Shown here piece after piece: positions 19,614-28,232 of a stretch of 64,000 nt of DNA. Origin of the DNA: Tubiluchus corallicola (taxonomy: Eukaryota > Animalia > Priapulida); assembly GCA_030141605.1 (NCBI GenBank), contig JAQGDQ010000184.1, positions 1-64,000 of the forward strand, given 5' to 3'. The translations under genes were made by a program, and so were the position numbers. Below the pieces are notes generated by a model. That model searched no databases. It was not told the origin of the DNA and worked only from the letters and a program-made list of their open reading frames with translations. Every line of letters begins with the position of its first letter. Position 1 is the first letter of the stretch.

Positions 19614-20744
19614 TTATATCATAAATAAATCTTTAATAATATAATCCGAAATAAAATAGCCCTTTGTTGTCAAACGTAAATTCTCCTTATCTAATTTAAT
19701 AAAGTCAGACTCTAAATACCTATTTATCACCTTACTCGAGTAATTATAATAGCTTTCTCCAAAATTTTTCAATATATTTTTTAAGGATATACCCCATTTT
19801 GTGCGGAGCATCAGCATAATATACTCATTATATTTATCTCTTTCTGTCAAAGTATCCTTTTTAAAAAATTTACCTTTATTATCTATAAAATCAACATATT
19901 TTTTATTGTTGTTGATGTTCCACTGTCTGACGCTTCCATTGTAGCTGTGAGCAGATGGCCCTATACCCAGGTAATTATTGCCAAACCAATAAGATAAATT
20001 GTGCATGGACATGTAATTTTTCTTGCAAAAATTACTAAGCTCATAGTGCATAAATCCATTTTTATCCATTGACTCTAATAGCATTTGGAATTGAGAAAAG
20101 CTGTTTTCCTCTCTCTCCTCTTTTATAGAACCACCTTTTAATATATCATCAAGTTCTGTCCCTTTATGATAAGTCAAATGGTATGCTGATATATGACAAG
20201 CCCCAGAGCCGGCTGCAATGTTTAGTGTCTGTCCCCACTCCTCACAGTTCATGCCAGGTACTCCGTATATTAAATCTATTGATATATTTTCTATTCCACC
20301 ATTCATAGCACATTTAATAGAGTTTAATGCCTGTTCTCTGTCATGTACCCGTCCCAAAAACTTCAAATTTTTTTTATTAAAACTCTGAATACCAATACTT
20401 AACCTATTAACACCCATGTTTTTTAGAGAGTCTACATATTGAGAGGTTACATCTTCAGGATTGCACTCAAACGAAAATTCCACATTTTTTGATATTTCAA
20501 AGCTGTCAAGCGTGTATTCTACAAGACTTCTTATCAAAGATATGTCTACCAACGAGGGAGTACCTCCTCCAAAATAAATAGATTGTACAACCTCATTTTT
20601 TAAGTAGTTATTTCTCATTGTCAACTCACTCAATTCGCATCTTAAAACAGTGTCTACAGTTTTTTTATCAGCACATACAGAATAAAAGTTGCAATAGATA
20701 CATTTCGTCCTGCAAAAAGGTATGTGAAAGTATATTCCGCACAT
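19614..20744 (-). CDS. hemW: Radical SAM heme chaperone HemW
   Basis: GIYFHIPFCRTKCIYCNF, YFGGGTPS, RLSIGIQSF, YELSNF and YLGIGPSAHS motifs; ATG 20744 chosen as start. Confidence 0.92.
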   Translation of the reverse strand: MCGIYFHIPFCRTKCIYCNFYSVCADKKTVDTVLRCELSELTMRNNYLKNEVVQSIYFGGGTPSLVDISLIRSLVEYTLDSFEISKNVEFSFECNPEDVTSQYVDSLKNMGVNRLSIGIQSFNKKNLKFLGRVHDREQALNSIKCAMNGGIENISIDLIYGVPGMNCEEWGQTLNIAAGSGACHISAYHLTYHKGTELDDILKGGSIKEEREENSFSQFQMLLESMDKNGFMHYELSNFCKKNYMSMHNLSYWFGNNYLGIGPSAHSYNGSVRQWNINNNKKYVDFIDNKGKFFKKDTLTERDKYNEYIMLMLRTKWGISLKNILKNFGESYYNYSSKVINRYLESDFIKLDKENLRLTTKGYFISDYIIKDLFMI

Positions 20745-20798
20745 TCCAATTAATAATATTTGTATATATTGCACATGTTATTGATATATAATTTCATT

Positions 20799-21209
20799 AT
20801 GCTTAAGAATAAGGCAAAAAAAGTAAAATATATACTATTTTTTACATGGATAGTCCTTATATTATATTTAAGTTTAGCTTTTCCTGAAAACTACAATCAT
20901 TCTTACATTTTTGATATTCCATATGCGGATAAGTTATCGCATTTTGGAATGTATTTTATGTTTTCATTTCTTTTGCTTAAGTTAAAAGATGATGGAATAG
21001 AAAGAAAGCTCTCTTCCACATTCAAGCTTCCATTACTATTGTCTGCATCTATAGGGGGGGGTGTAGAAATATTGCAACACTTATTACCCATAAATAGAAG
21101 TTGCTCATTCGGTGATTTTATTGCAAACTGTATTGGCTCTATTTTTGGTATTCTTTTTTTTAATATAGTGAAAAAGATGCACAACAGGAATAAGTTATCT
21201 ACTTTATAG
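20799..21209 (+). CDS. VanZ-family membrane protein
   Basis: DKLSHFGMY and EILQ...RSCSFGDFIANCIG motifs. Confidence 0.85.
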   Translation: MLKNKAKKVKYILFFTWIVLILYLSLAFPENYNHSYIFDIPYADKLSHFGMYFMFSFLLLKLKDDGIERKLSSTFKLPLLLSASIGGGVEILQHLLPINRSCSFGDFIANCIGSIFGILFFNIVKKMHNRNKLSTL

Positions 21210-21642
21210 CTATTTTATTTATTCTTCGTAAGTGCCTCCCACCTTCAAACTTAGAGTTCATAAACGTGTCGATAATTTCTATCAAATTGTTCTCTTCAAT
21301 AAATCTTGCCGGAATTGAGCATACATTAGCATCATTGTGCTTTATGGCCAAAGATGTTATCTCTTTGTTCCAGCAGACGGCCGAACGTACACTCTGATGC
21401 TTATTTATTGTCATATTTATTCCATTTCCACTTCCGCAAATAACAATTCCAATATCATATTCTCCTTTATCTATAGCCTCTCCTAGAAGGTGGGCATAGT
21501 CGGGATAGTCACAGTCTAACTCAGAGTAACAACCAATATCTTTAAAATATATATTATTTTTTATTAAATAATCAATCACCTTTTTCTTGTATCTAAATCC
21601 CGCGTGGTCCGAAGCTAATCCCACCTTTCTTATATCCATCAT
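21199..21642 (-). CDS. rpiB: Ribose-5-phosphate isomerase B
   Basis: ASDHAG, DYPDYA, ICGSGNG, HNDANV and FEGGRHLRRI motifs. Confidence 0.95.
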   Translation of the reverse strand: MMDIRKVGLASDHAGFRYKKKVIDYLIKNNIYFKDIGCYSELDCDYPDYAHLLGEAIDKGEYDIGIVICGSGNGINMTINKHQSVRSAVCWNKEITSLAIKHNDANVCSIPARFIEENNLIEIIDTFMNSKFEGGRHLRRINKIAIK

Positions 21643-22308
21643 TAATACTTTTTATATCTCTATATTCATGTAAATCAGTACTCTTTTTTTTTATTAACAA
21701 TTATAAACAAACCGCAATATCATAGCCAACAAGTTATTATGTAAAATAGTCTTTAAAAAAGACAAAGTAATGAACCTTTAAAAATTGTTAAAAAAAATTT
21801 AAAGTAGTAGATAATTAAATTTTGTAAATATTAAACAGTACTATATATACATTTTTTTTTCAAAATATCACTATCAATTAAAATTAATTTCTATCAACTA
21901 TTTAACACGATGATTCACAAAAAAACGACAATTTTCTAATATATTTTTATACATAACCTCATTAAAAATATTTGTTTAAAAATAACTATATCATAAATGA
22001 ATCAACTACTTTACATGTTAATAGAATGTTTAATTTTATAAACTCCAAGTTTAATAACTTACCTTGCAAGAGAAATATCACTTTTTTGTCATCATAATCA
22101 ACACAACATATAATATCATCAATTTATTCTTTAAATTAATATAACAAAATAGTAATAATATATACTGTCAATAAATATTAAGTAAGGAGTGATGGCTTTT
22201 ATTGCTACTTTCAAAACTATTATATTACATTTGCTCATGCTGGTTATTTTTTGACAGCGATTTAGATGCACGAGATTATATTTTAAAAAACTTTAAAAAT
22301 AGCGTAGG
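21643..22308. other. Putative chromosomal replication origin (oriC)
   Basis: Very AT-rich, ORF-free 666-bp gap with DnaA-box-like 9-mers (TTATTAACA 21691, TTATAAACA 21701, TGATTCACA 21911, TGTTAATAG 22016, TGTCAATAA 22166). GC skew changes across it, and parS and mnmG lie within about 5 kb. Confidence 0.7.
22226..22233 (+). promoter_or_regulatory. Bacteroidota housekeeping promoter -7 element for the response regulator
   Basis: TACATTTG matches TAnnTTTG, with a TTG about 21 nt upstream. Confidence 0.55.
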
Positions 22309-22713
22309 TTGGGTGATAACAGTGTAAATAAAGATGCAATATTGACCATTTTATTGGTAGAAGACAATCCGCTCAATCAAAAAGTGATTGAGTTCAACTT
22401 GAAAAAAAATAATTATAAGGTTGAGCTGGCTAATGATGGTACAGAAGCGGTTGAGCTGTTTAAGAAGCGGAAGTTTGATTTGATACTTATGGATATCATG
22501 ATGCCTATAATGGATGGGTTTGAAGCAACAAAGAGGATTAGAGCTATTGAAGAGAGGTCGGCTTTACATGCCCACACCCCAATTATAGCTGTTACGGCTA
22601 ATATACTGGCTGATGACAGAGATAAGTGTATGTCTATTGGGATGAATGGTCTTATATCAAAGCCGTTTAGTATGGAGCAGTTTAACAAGGCGGTAAATGA
22701 CCTGGATACTTAG
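22309..22713 (+). CDS. Single-domain response regulator (REC)
   Basis: ILLVEDN, DLILMDIMMPIMDG, IIAVTA and ISKPF motifs; TTG start. Confidence 0.92.
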   Translation: MGDNSVNKDAILTILLVEDNPLNQKVIEFNLKKNNYKVELANDGTEAVELFKKRKFDLILMDIMMPIMDGFEATKRIRAIEERSALHAHTPIIAVTANILADDRDKCMSIGMNGLISKPFSMEQFNKAVNDLDT

Positions 22714-22865
22714 GGTATTGTTTTATAAGTCTTATATAGGAGCAAATATTGTATTTTAAGTATACTGGCCAAACAGTAACACTTGTTTTTTATTTTAAGA
22801 GTGCCCCTTCAGTTAAATAGTGAATTTTTAAAGCCTTATTTGTATTTATCAAGAGGTAGTTTTTT

Positions 22866-25223
22866 CTAAAATGGATATCCTATTGCAAATGATAAATTGA
22901 AATCATTGCTGGTGTAGCTTCTTTTCCATGGTATCCACTGAGAACCCGACAGTACACCAGGATCACGAAGTTTCACTCCTAAGTCCAGCCTTAAAACGAC
23001 GTATGAAAAATCCAGTCTCAATCCCACTCCTGAACCTACTGCTAGTTCATCAAAGAAGCGGTTGAGTTTAAAGTTTGCGCCATCTCTGTTGTCATTTAGT
23101 GACCATATATTTCCTACATCTATAAAGAATGCTCCTTCCATAAAACTAAGTAGTTTATAGCGGTACTCTGCATTAAATTCAAGCTTTATGTCTCCTGATT
23201 GGTTAGGAAATTCTCCTGCTTCTGCCTTGTAAGTTCCGGGACCGAGTGTGCGAACAGGCCAGGCTCTAATACCATTTGCGCCGCCTGTAAAGTACTTTTT
23301 TTCAAATGGTATCTGGTTAGAGTTTCCGTATGGTACAGCAATTCCTCCAAAACTTCGAAATACTATCATATTTGATTTGTCTAAATACCATCCAAACCTA
23401 TGCTCTATATCTGCTTTTACATATTGCGCAAAAGGAGTTCCCAAAAAGTGATATTGTTCTCCGGAAAACTCATCTGCTGGATACTTAGGTCCATTGACTA
23501 ATTTACTACACAGATAAAATACGTTTCCTGATGTCTCTATAGTTCCGCGTAAATAAGCGTAATTGCTTAACATATTAAATCTCTGTGTATTATATATAAA
23601 ATAATAATTTAAAGCCGGAATTGTATGATCCTGATATGAGCTTTTTATATAAAGGTTCTCTATTGATTCATTAAATGAAGAGTCCATTTCAAAAACTTTG
23701 ACTATGTTGAAATCCACAGGTGTGAATAGGTGTGTCAAATATTCGGATGTTTTCCAACTGTATCCGTATTTTAGGCCCGCGATAGTTCTTGTATAGTCAG
23801 GGCGTTTTTGGTAGTTAAATGAAGTGCTAAATAGTGTTTTAGGAGTGGAGTATTTGAATGTTTTGGTACTTTTCACAGGAATAAGGAATTTAGGCACAGT
23901 AATTGTTATATCTGTGCCCAGTTCACTTGTGTTAAACAGTTGTATAGAGTCTTTAGTTCCATATGTTTGCCTTTCTACAGCACCTTTAAGTTTTATATGT
24001 AATATTTCAGCTCCTTTAAACAGATTTTTATGGTGATAATTTAAGTTTCCAGCAACACCAAAGTTACCCGATGAGTTGGTTCCTTCAATATCAAATGAGT
24101 ATGATTGTTTTGCAGCCAAGGTTAGTTGTATGACACAGTCCAGCATTGGGTTGCCTAATGAGTCGTTTTCTCCTATCTCTTCAAAATAAATATTTACCAT
24201 CTTAAAAAGCCTTAGGGATAGAAGTTCATTATATGTACGTTTTACAAGGGTTACATTGTAAAACGTATTGTTTTTGATGTGGTTAGCGTTAATAAGTACA
24301 TTGGGCTTTACTTTTACGCCACCATTGTAAAGGAAAATATGATTATCAATTTTAACTGTATCCGGGTTTGAAATTATCTTTGTTGTGTCTGAACTAAGAT
24401 ATTTGTCTAAGCTGTAATCTGTTTCATAGCGGTAATTTCTGATAGTATATTTTTCGTGATTTTTAAACTCTTCACTTTTTAAAGAATCTATAGATACTTC
24501 TTTATCTAATATGAGTTTTAAGTTTACTGAGTGCCTATCTTTTGCAGTTGTATCTGCCTCATAATGTAATCTTTCACGTGTCATCCTATAAAATCCACCA
24601 TCTCTTATATCGTTTAGCAGTCGCTCTCTTTCTTCTGCTAAAACATCCATGTCAAAGTTTTTGTTGATTTTGGGCAATCTTTGTGGAAATGACTTATCTG
24701 CTATATTTTTCAGCGAATCATCTTTAACCACATACTCGAAGCTTTTTATTTTGTGTGGGGTGTTTGCTGTAATGGAGTAGTAAACTGCGCTTCTCTTATT
24801 TTTTTTCTTAAAAATTGTTGTGTCTGATATATCTGCTTCATAGTAGCCTTTATTTCTCATATACTGGCTTAGCTCAGCAACAGATCTTTCAACCATATAG
24901 CTATCATATATGACGGGAGCCTCCCCTACTCTTCTCAGCCATACTTCTTTTTTAGTGTTATCTCTTTTTTCGTCTCTTTTTTTACTTGACATGTTATATA
25001 AGCCAAGGCCGAACTTCCAAAACCCTAAGATTTTTTTGTTTGGGGTTTGTTGAATGTATCGCTTTATCTCTTTTTCATTTATCTCTTTTTCATCAATATC
25101 AATCTTGACCTTGCTGAGCAGATAGCTATCATCTGGTACATACTTAATTGTAGTACATGATGTTATACCTAATATAAAAGGTATACCTAAATAAAAAAAT
25201 ATGCTTTTGAGAGCTTTAATCAA
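22866..25223 (-). CDS. tamL: Omp85-family lipoprotein TamL (BamA/TamA family)
   Basis: Lipobox ITSC, POTRA-like region, GGANGIRAW motif, C-terminal FAIGYPF; divergent from the TrmH gene. Confidence 0.85.
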   Translation of the reverse strand: MIKALKSIFFYLGIPFILGITSCTTIKYVPDDSYLLSKVKIDIDEKEINEKEIKRYIQQTPNKKILGFWKFGLGLYNMSSKKRDEKRDNTKKEVWLRRVGEAPVIYDSYMVERSVAELSQYMRNKGYYEADISDTTIFKKKNKRSAVYYSITANTPHKIKSFEYVVKDDSLKNIADKSFPQRLPKINKNFDMDVLAEERERLLNDIRDGGFYRMTRERLHYEADTTAKDRHSVNLKLILDKEVSIDSLKSEEFKNHEKYTIRNYRYETDYSLDKYLSSDTTKIISNPDTVKIDNHIFLYNGGVKVKPNVLINANHIKNNTFYNVTLVKRTYNELLSLRLFKMVNIYFEEIGENDSLGNPMLDCVIQLTLAAKQSYSFDIEGTNSSGNFGVAGNLNYHHKNLFKGAEILHIKLKGAVERQTYGTKDSIQLFNTSELGTDITITVPKFLIPVKSTKTFKYSTPKTLFSTSFNYQKRPDYTRTIAGLKYGYSWKTSEYLTHLFTPVDFNIVKVFEMDSSFNESIENLYIKSSYQDHTIPALNYYFIYNTQRFNMLSNYAYLRGTIETSGNVFYLCSKLVNGPKYPADEFSGEQYHFLGTPFAQYVKADIEHRFGWYLDKSNMIVFRSFGGIAVPYGNSNQIPFEKKYFTGGANGIRAWPVRTLGPGTYKAEAGEFPNQSGDIKLEFNAEYRYKLLSFMEGAFFIDVGNIWSLNDNRDGANFKLNRFFDELAVGSGVGLRLDFSYVVLRLDLGVKLRDPGVLSGSQWIPWKRSYTSNDFNLSFAIGYPF

Positions 25224-25246
25224 AACGCGTTACTAATAAGGTAATA

Positions 25247-25254
25247 CAAATATA
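25247..25254 (-). promoter_or_regulatory. -7 promoter element for tamL
   Basis: Minus-strand TATATTTG matches TAnnTTTG, about 24 nt upstream of the start codon. Confidence 0.55.
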
Positions 25255-25325
25255 GTGAACGGTAATAATTTTAAATGGATTATTTTTGATAATATTCAAA
25301 TATCACAGACTTATAATATTTAATC

Positions 25326-26102
25326 ATGCTTTCTAAAAATAAAATTAAGCAGCTGCGCTCTTTGTCTATGAAGAAATACAGGACGAAAGAGCAGTTATTT
25401 ATTGCGGAGGGGAAGAAGAGTGTTTTTGACCTGATTGATGAAAAATTTGATATTGCTGAAATATTATGTGTCAATAGTGTATTAGCTGATCTTGAAAAAA
25501 GAGGGGTGAGTATGCAGTTGGTACAATCCTGTGGCACTGACTGTATGGGTAAGGTATCTCAACTAAAGAGTGCTCCTGAAATTATTGCTGTTGTTAGGAT
25601 TCCTTCTCACAAAGTTGATATGAATGAAATTAGACATGATTTATCTATTGCTCTTGATGGGGTACAGGATCCTGGTAATCTTGGGTCTATTGTTAGGAGT
25701 GCTGATTGGTTTGGAATTAAAAATATTGTGTGTTCCTGCGATACGGTTGACATATATAATCCTAAGTCTGTTCAGGCAACAATGGGCGCAATATCTCGTG
25801 TGAAAGTGCACTATATTTCCTTGCCTTATTTTTTAAAGCAAACACAAAAGCAGGACATTGTGGTTTATGGTACTTCTGTGAGAGGTGAGAGTATATACAA
25901 AGAGAGCTTGAGCAGTAACGGTGTTATTGTTTTTGGGAATGAGGGAAGAGGTGTAACTGATGATGTGAATAATCTTGTTACCAAGCAGATACATATTCCT
26001 TCTTATCCTCCTGGTAACTGTTCTTCTGAATCACTGAATGTTGCTATGTCTGCTTCGATTGTCTGCGCAGAATTTAGAAGAAGAGCTATTTTATACTCCT
26101 AA
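25326..26102 (+). CDS. TrmH/SpoU-family RNA 2'-O-methyltransferase
   Basis: LDGVQDPGNLGSIVRSADWFG, VFGNEGRG and ESLNVA motifs. Confidence 0.93.
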   Translation: MLSKNKIKQLRSLSMKKYRTKEQLFIAEGKKSVFDLIDEKFDIAEILCVNSVLADLEKRGVSMQLVQSCGTDCMGKVSQLKSAPEIIAVVRIPSHKVDMNEIRHDLSIALDGVQDPGNLGSIVRSADWFGIKNIVCSCDTVDIYNPKSVQATMGAISRVKVHYISLPYFLKQTQKQDIVVYGTSVRGESIYKESLSSNGVIVFGNEGRGVTDDVNNLVTKQIHIPSYPPGNCSSESLNVAMSASIVCAEFRRRAILYS

Positions 26103-26137
26103 AAAGGAGTTGTTAGGCATGTTTACTCTATGTCAAA

Positions 26138-26179
26138 ATAACTAATTAAGAGCTATGAATACAGCTCTTAATTAGTTAT
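26138..26179. terminator. Hairpin between the convergent trmH-like and susD genes
   Basis: ATAACTAATTAAGAGCT-atgaatac-AGCTCTTAATTAGTTAT, a perfect 17-bp stem. Confidence 0.7.
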
Positions 26180-26224
26180 GTACTGATTTTTTACAAAATA
26201 GATACTTACATTACCATTAGTAAG

Positions 26225-28201
26225 CTACAAGTTTTGATAACCGTCATTTTGTTCCAATTTTTCGTTTGTGTTAAGTGCGCGTTGTGGAATGGGGAACAGC
26301 TCTGAATAACTACTTGTATTTACACTTTTATTCCACCATACTCCATTTGTAAAATTATCGAAGCGACGCAGGTCCATTCTACGTCTCCCCTCCCCAATGA
26401 ACTCTCTTCCCCACTCATCCAGCATTTCATCTAAGTCGAGTGTTACTGTGCCTCCTAGATATTTTGCTGCATCCCAATATGTGGAGATAGTACCTGATTC
26501 TGTTGTTGCTACGTTGTAGCTGTGTGGAGGCTCCCTAAGGTCATCAATATCGCCGGCATCAAACTTGGCTTGCCGTGTGGCGGCTTCGTCTGCCCCTATC
26601 TGGGTAAAATATTTCTGTCTCACATCATCAAGTAGTTTTGCTGCGCCGGGGACATCACCGTCTCGTAGCTTGCATTCTGCCAGCATATAGTATATTTCTG
26701 CAAGGCGAATAACTGCGTAGTCTGAGTTCCAATTCCACCCTCCTTCTTCAAATACATCAGGATAAATAGGATATTTTTGTTGGCGAAACCCCGAATTTTC
26801 CTCTCCTTTTGAAACACCTTCTCCGGGATTGGGAAGGTCACTGGCTACAGAATGCAGTTCTGCTTGTGTTGCATTTTCAAGAAGGTATTTAAAGTTATGG
26901 GCATTAACTAGCTCAGTATATCTGGGGTCAGTGTCTGTCTTCCATTTGTTGGCAATTTCTGAAAAGCGTCCAATACGATCAACAAAATATACTGTATCTG
27001 TTTTTTCCCCAAGCTTCCACTCCTCTGTTGCAAAATCAAAAGCACCCCTGCCTTCATACTCTTCTCCGGGAATACTGGCTGTCCCTATCAAAAACATACC
27101 CTGTCTGTTACCATTGTCTTCACAGAAGTAAGGAACCCTTCTTTCATCGCCATCATAATATTTCTGATAAGGGGAACCATGCGGATATTTGTCTATAAAA
27201 AAAGCTCCATCAGTAGTTTGTGATGGCTGCAAGTGCACTCCGTTACACCCATTACCTTCTTCGGAACGAAAAAAGTATTTAGCCTGGTAATGATTGTTAC
27301 ATGGTAAAGTAGTACGCCTTAGCTGATTTTTTTCGCATGGGAAAGCCCATATTATGGCTGTTGATTTATAGTTATCATAACTAAACTGTAGCTGCCAGTC
27401 TTCATCCAGCGTGTAGCTACCATAGTTGCCATCAAGTATGTTCTGGCAATATGTGGCGCACTCACTAAATTTGTCCTGCCCAATCGTAGCGGTTGCGTTT
27501 AAGTACAATCTTGCTAGGCAGGCAGCGGCTGTTGCCTGGTCAATACGTCCGTAAAATTCATCTTTGATACCAGCCTGATGGTTTCCGAGATTATCTATGT
27601 TATCGACTATTGTCTTTTCAACAAAGTCAAATAGCTCTGTTCCTTTGCTAGATGGAGGGTGAAGGCTCTCATTCATATCATAAGTAACCACTGGCGCTTT
27701 TGCCCCGAATGCCTCAAGTATATACATGTGGAATATGGCAGCAAGAACAAGCATTTCAGACTGCATTGTTTCTATTTCAGCGACGGTAAGTCCAAAGTTG
27801 TCCGCTACTGGCTTAACTACATTTTCAAGATCTCTATATGTGTTATATGCGTAGCCCACTCCCTGGTACATTTTCACCCATGTATCATATATATCTTTAT
27901 GAAGGTAGTTCCAGGTGTGTCCATGCAGTTGTATCCACCTAGCTTCATCATAGCCATGCCTGCCCTTTTGTGTCCACACAAAGTGGTCGGAGCTGAGTTC
28001 ACTTATTCTCCACCATCCGCCATCTGTGTGTAATGACCCTGATGCATGTTCATATACTCTTGCCATAGATGCCGCTACATCGTTAATTGTGTTATAAAAG
28101 TTATCCGGAGATATTTTATTGAATAACTCTTCATTCAGGTTAGTACATCCTCCTAATATTAGGAGTAACACCACTGCTTTATATTTAACATGTTTTATCA
28201 T
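26225..28201 (-). CDS. susD: SusD/RagB nutrient-binding lipoprotein, copy 1
   Basis: Lipobox LGGC, RLAEIYYMLAE, DEWGREFIGEGRRRMDL, FPIP and NEKLEQNDGY motifs. Confidence 0.93.
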   Translation of the reverse strand: MIKHVKYKAVVLLLILGGCTNLNEELFNKISPDNFYNTINDVAASMARVYEHASGSLHTDGGWWRISELSSDHFVWTQKGRHGYDEARWIQLHGHTWNYLHKDIYDTWVKMYQGVGYAYNTYRDLENVVKPVADNFGLTVAEIETMQSEMLVLAAIFHMYILEAFGAKAPVVTYDMNESLHPPSSKGTELFDFVEKTIVDNIDNLGNHQAGIKDEFYGRIDQATAAACLARLYLNATATIGQDKFSECATYCQNILDGNYGSYTLDEDWQLQFSYDNYKSTAIIWAFPCEKNQLRRTTLPCNNHYQAKYFFRSEEGNGCNGVHLQPSQTTDGAFFIDKYPHGSPYQKYYDGDERRVPYFCEDNGNRQGMFLIGTASIPGEEYEGRGAFDFATEEWKLGEKTDTVYFVDRIGRFSEIANKWKTDTDPRYTELVNAHNFKYLLENATQAELHSVASDLPNPGEGVSKGEENSGFRQQKYPIYPDVFEEGGWNWNSDYAVIRLAEIYYMLAECKLRDGDVPGAAKLLDDVRQKYFTQIGADEAATRQAKFDAGDIDDLREPPHSYNVATTESGTISTYWDAAKYLGGTVTLDLDEMLDEWGREFIGEGRRRMDLRRFDNFTNGVWWNKSVNTSSYSELFPIPQRALNTNEKLEQNDGYQNL

Positions 28202-28232
28202 TGTATTGTAATTTATAAAATTTAATGTTGGA

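Noticed and set aside
21054-21061. G8 tract in the vanZ-like gene as a phase-variation switch
   Set aside because: It is short, in frame (Gly-Gly-Gly), and there is no evidence of length variation.
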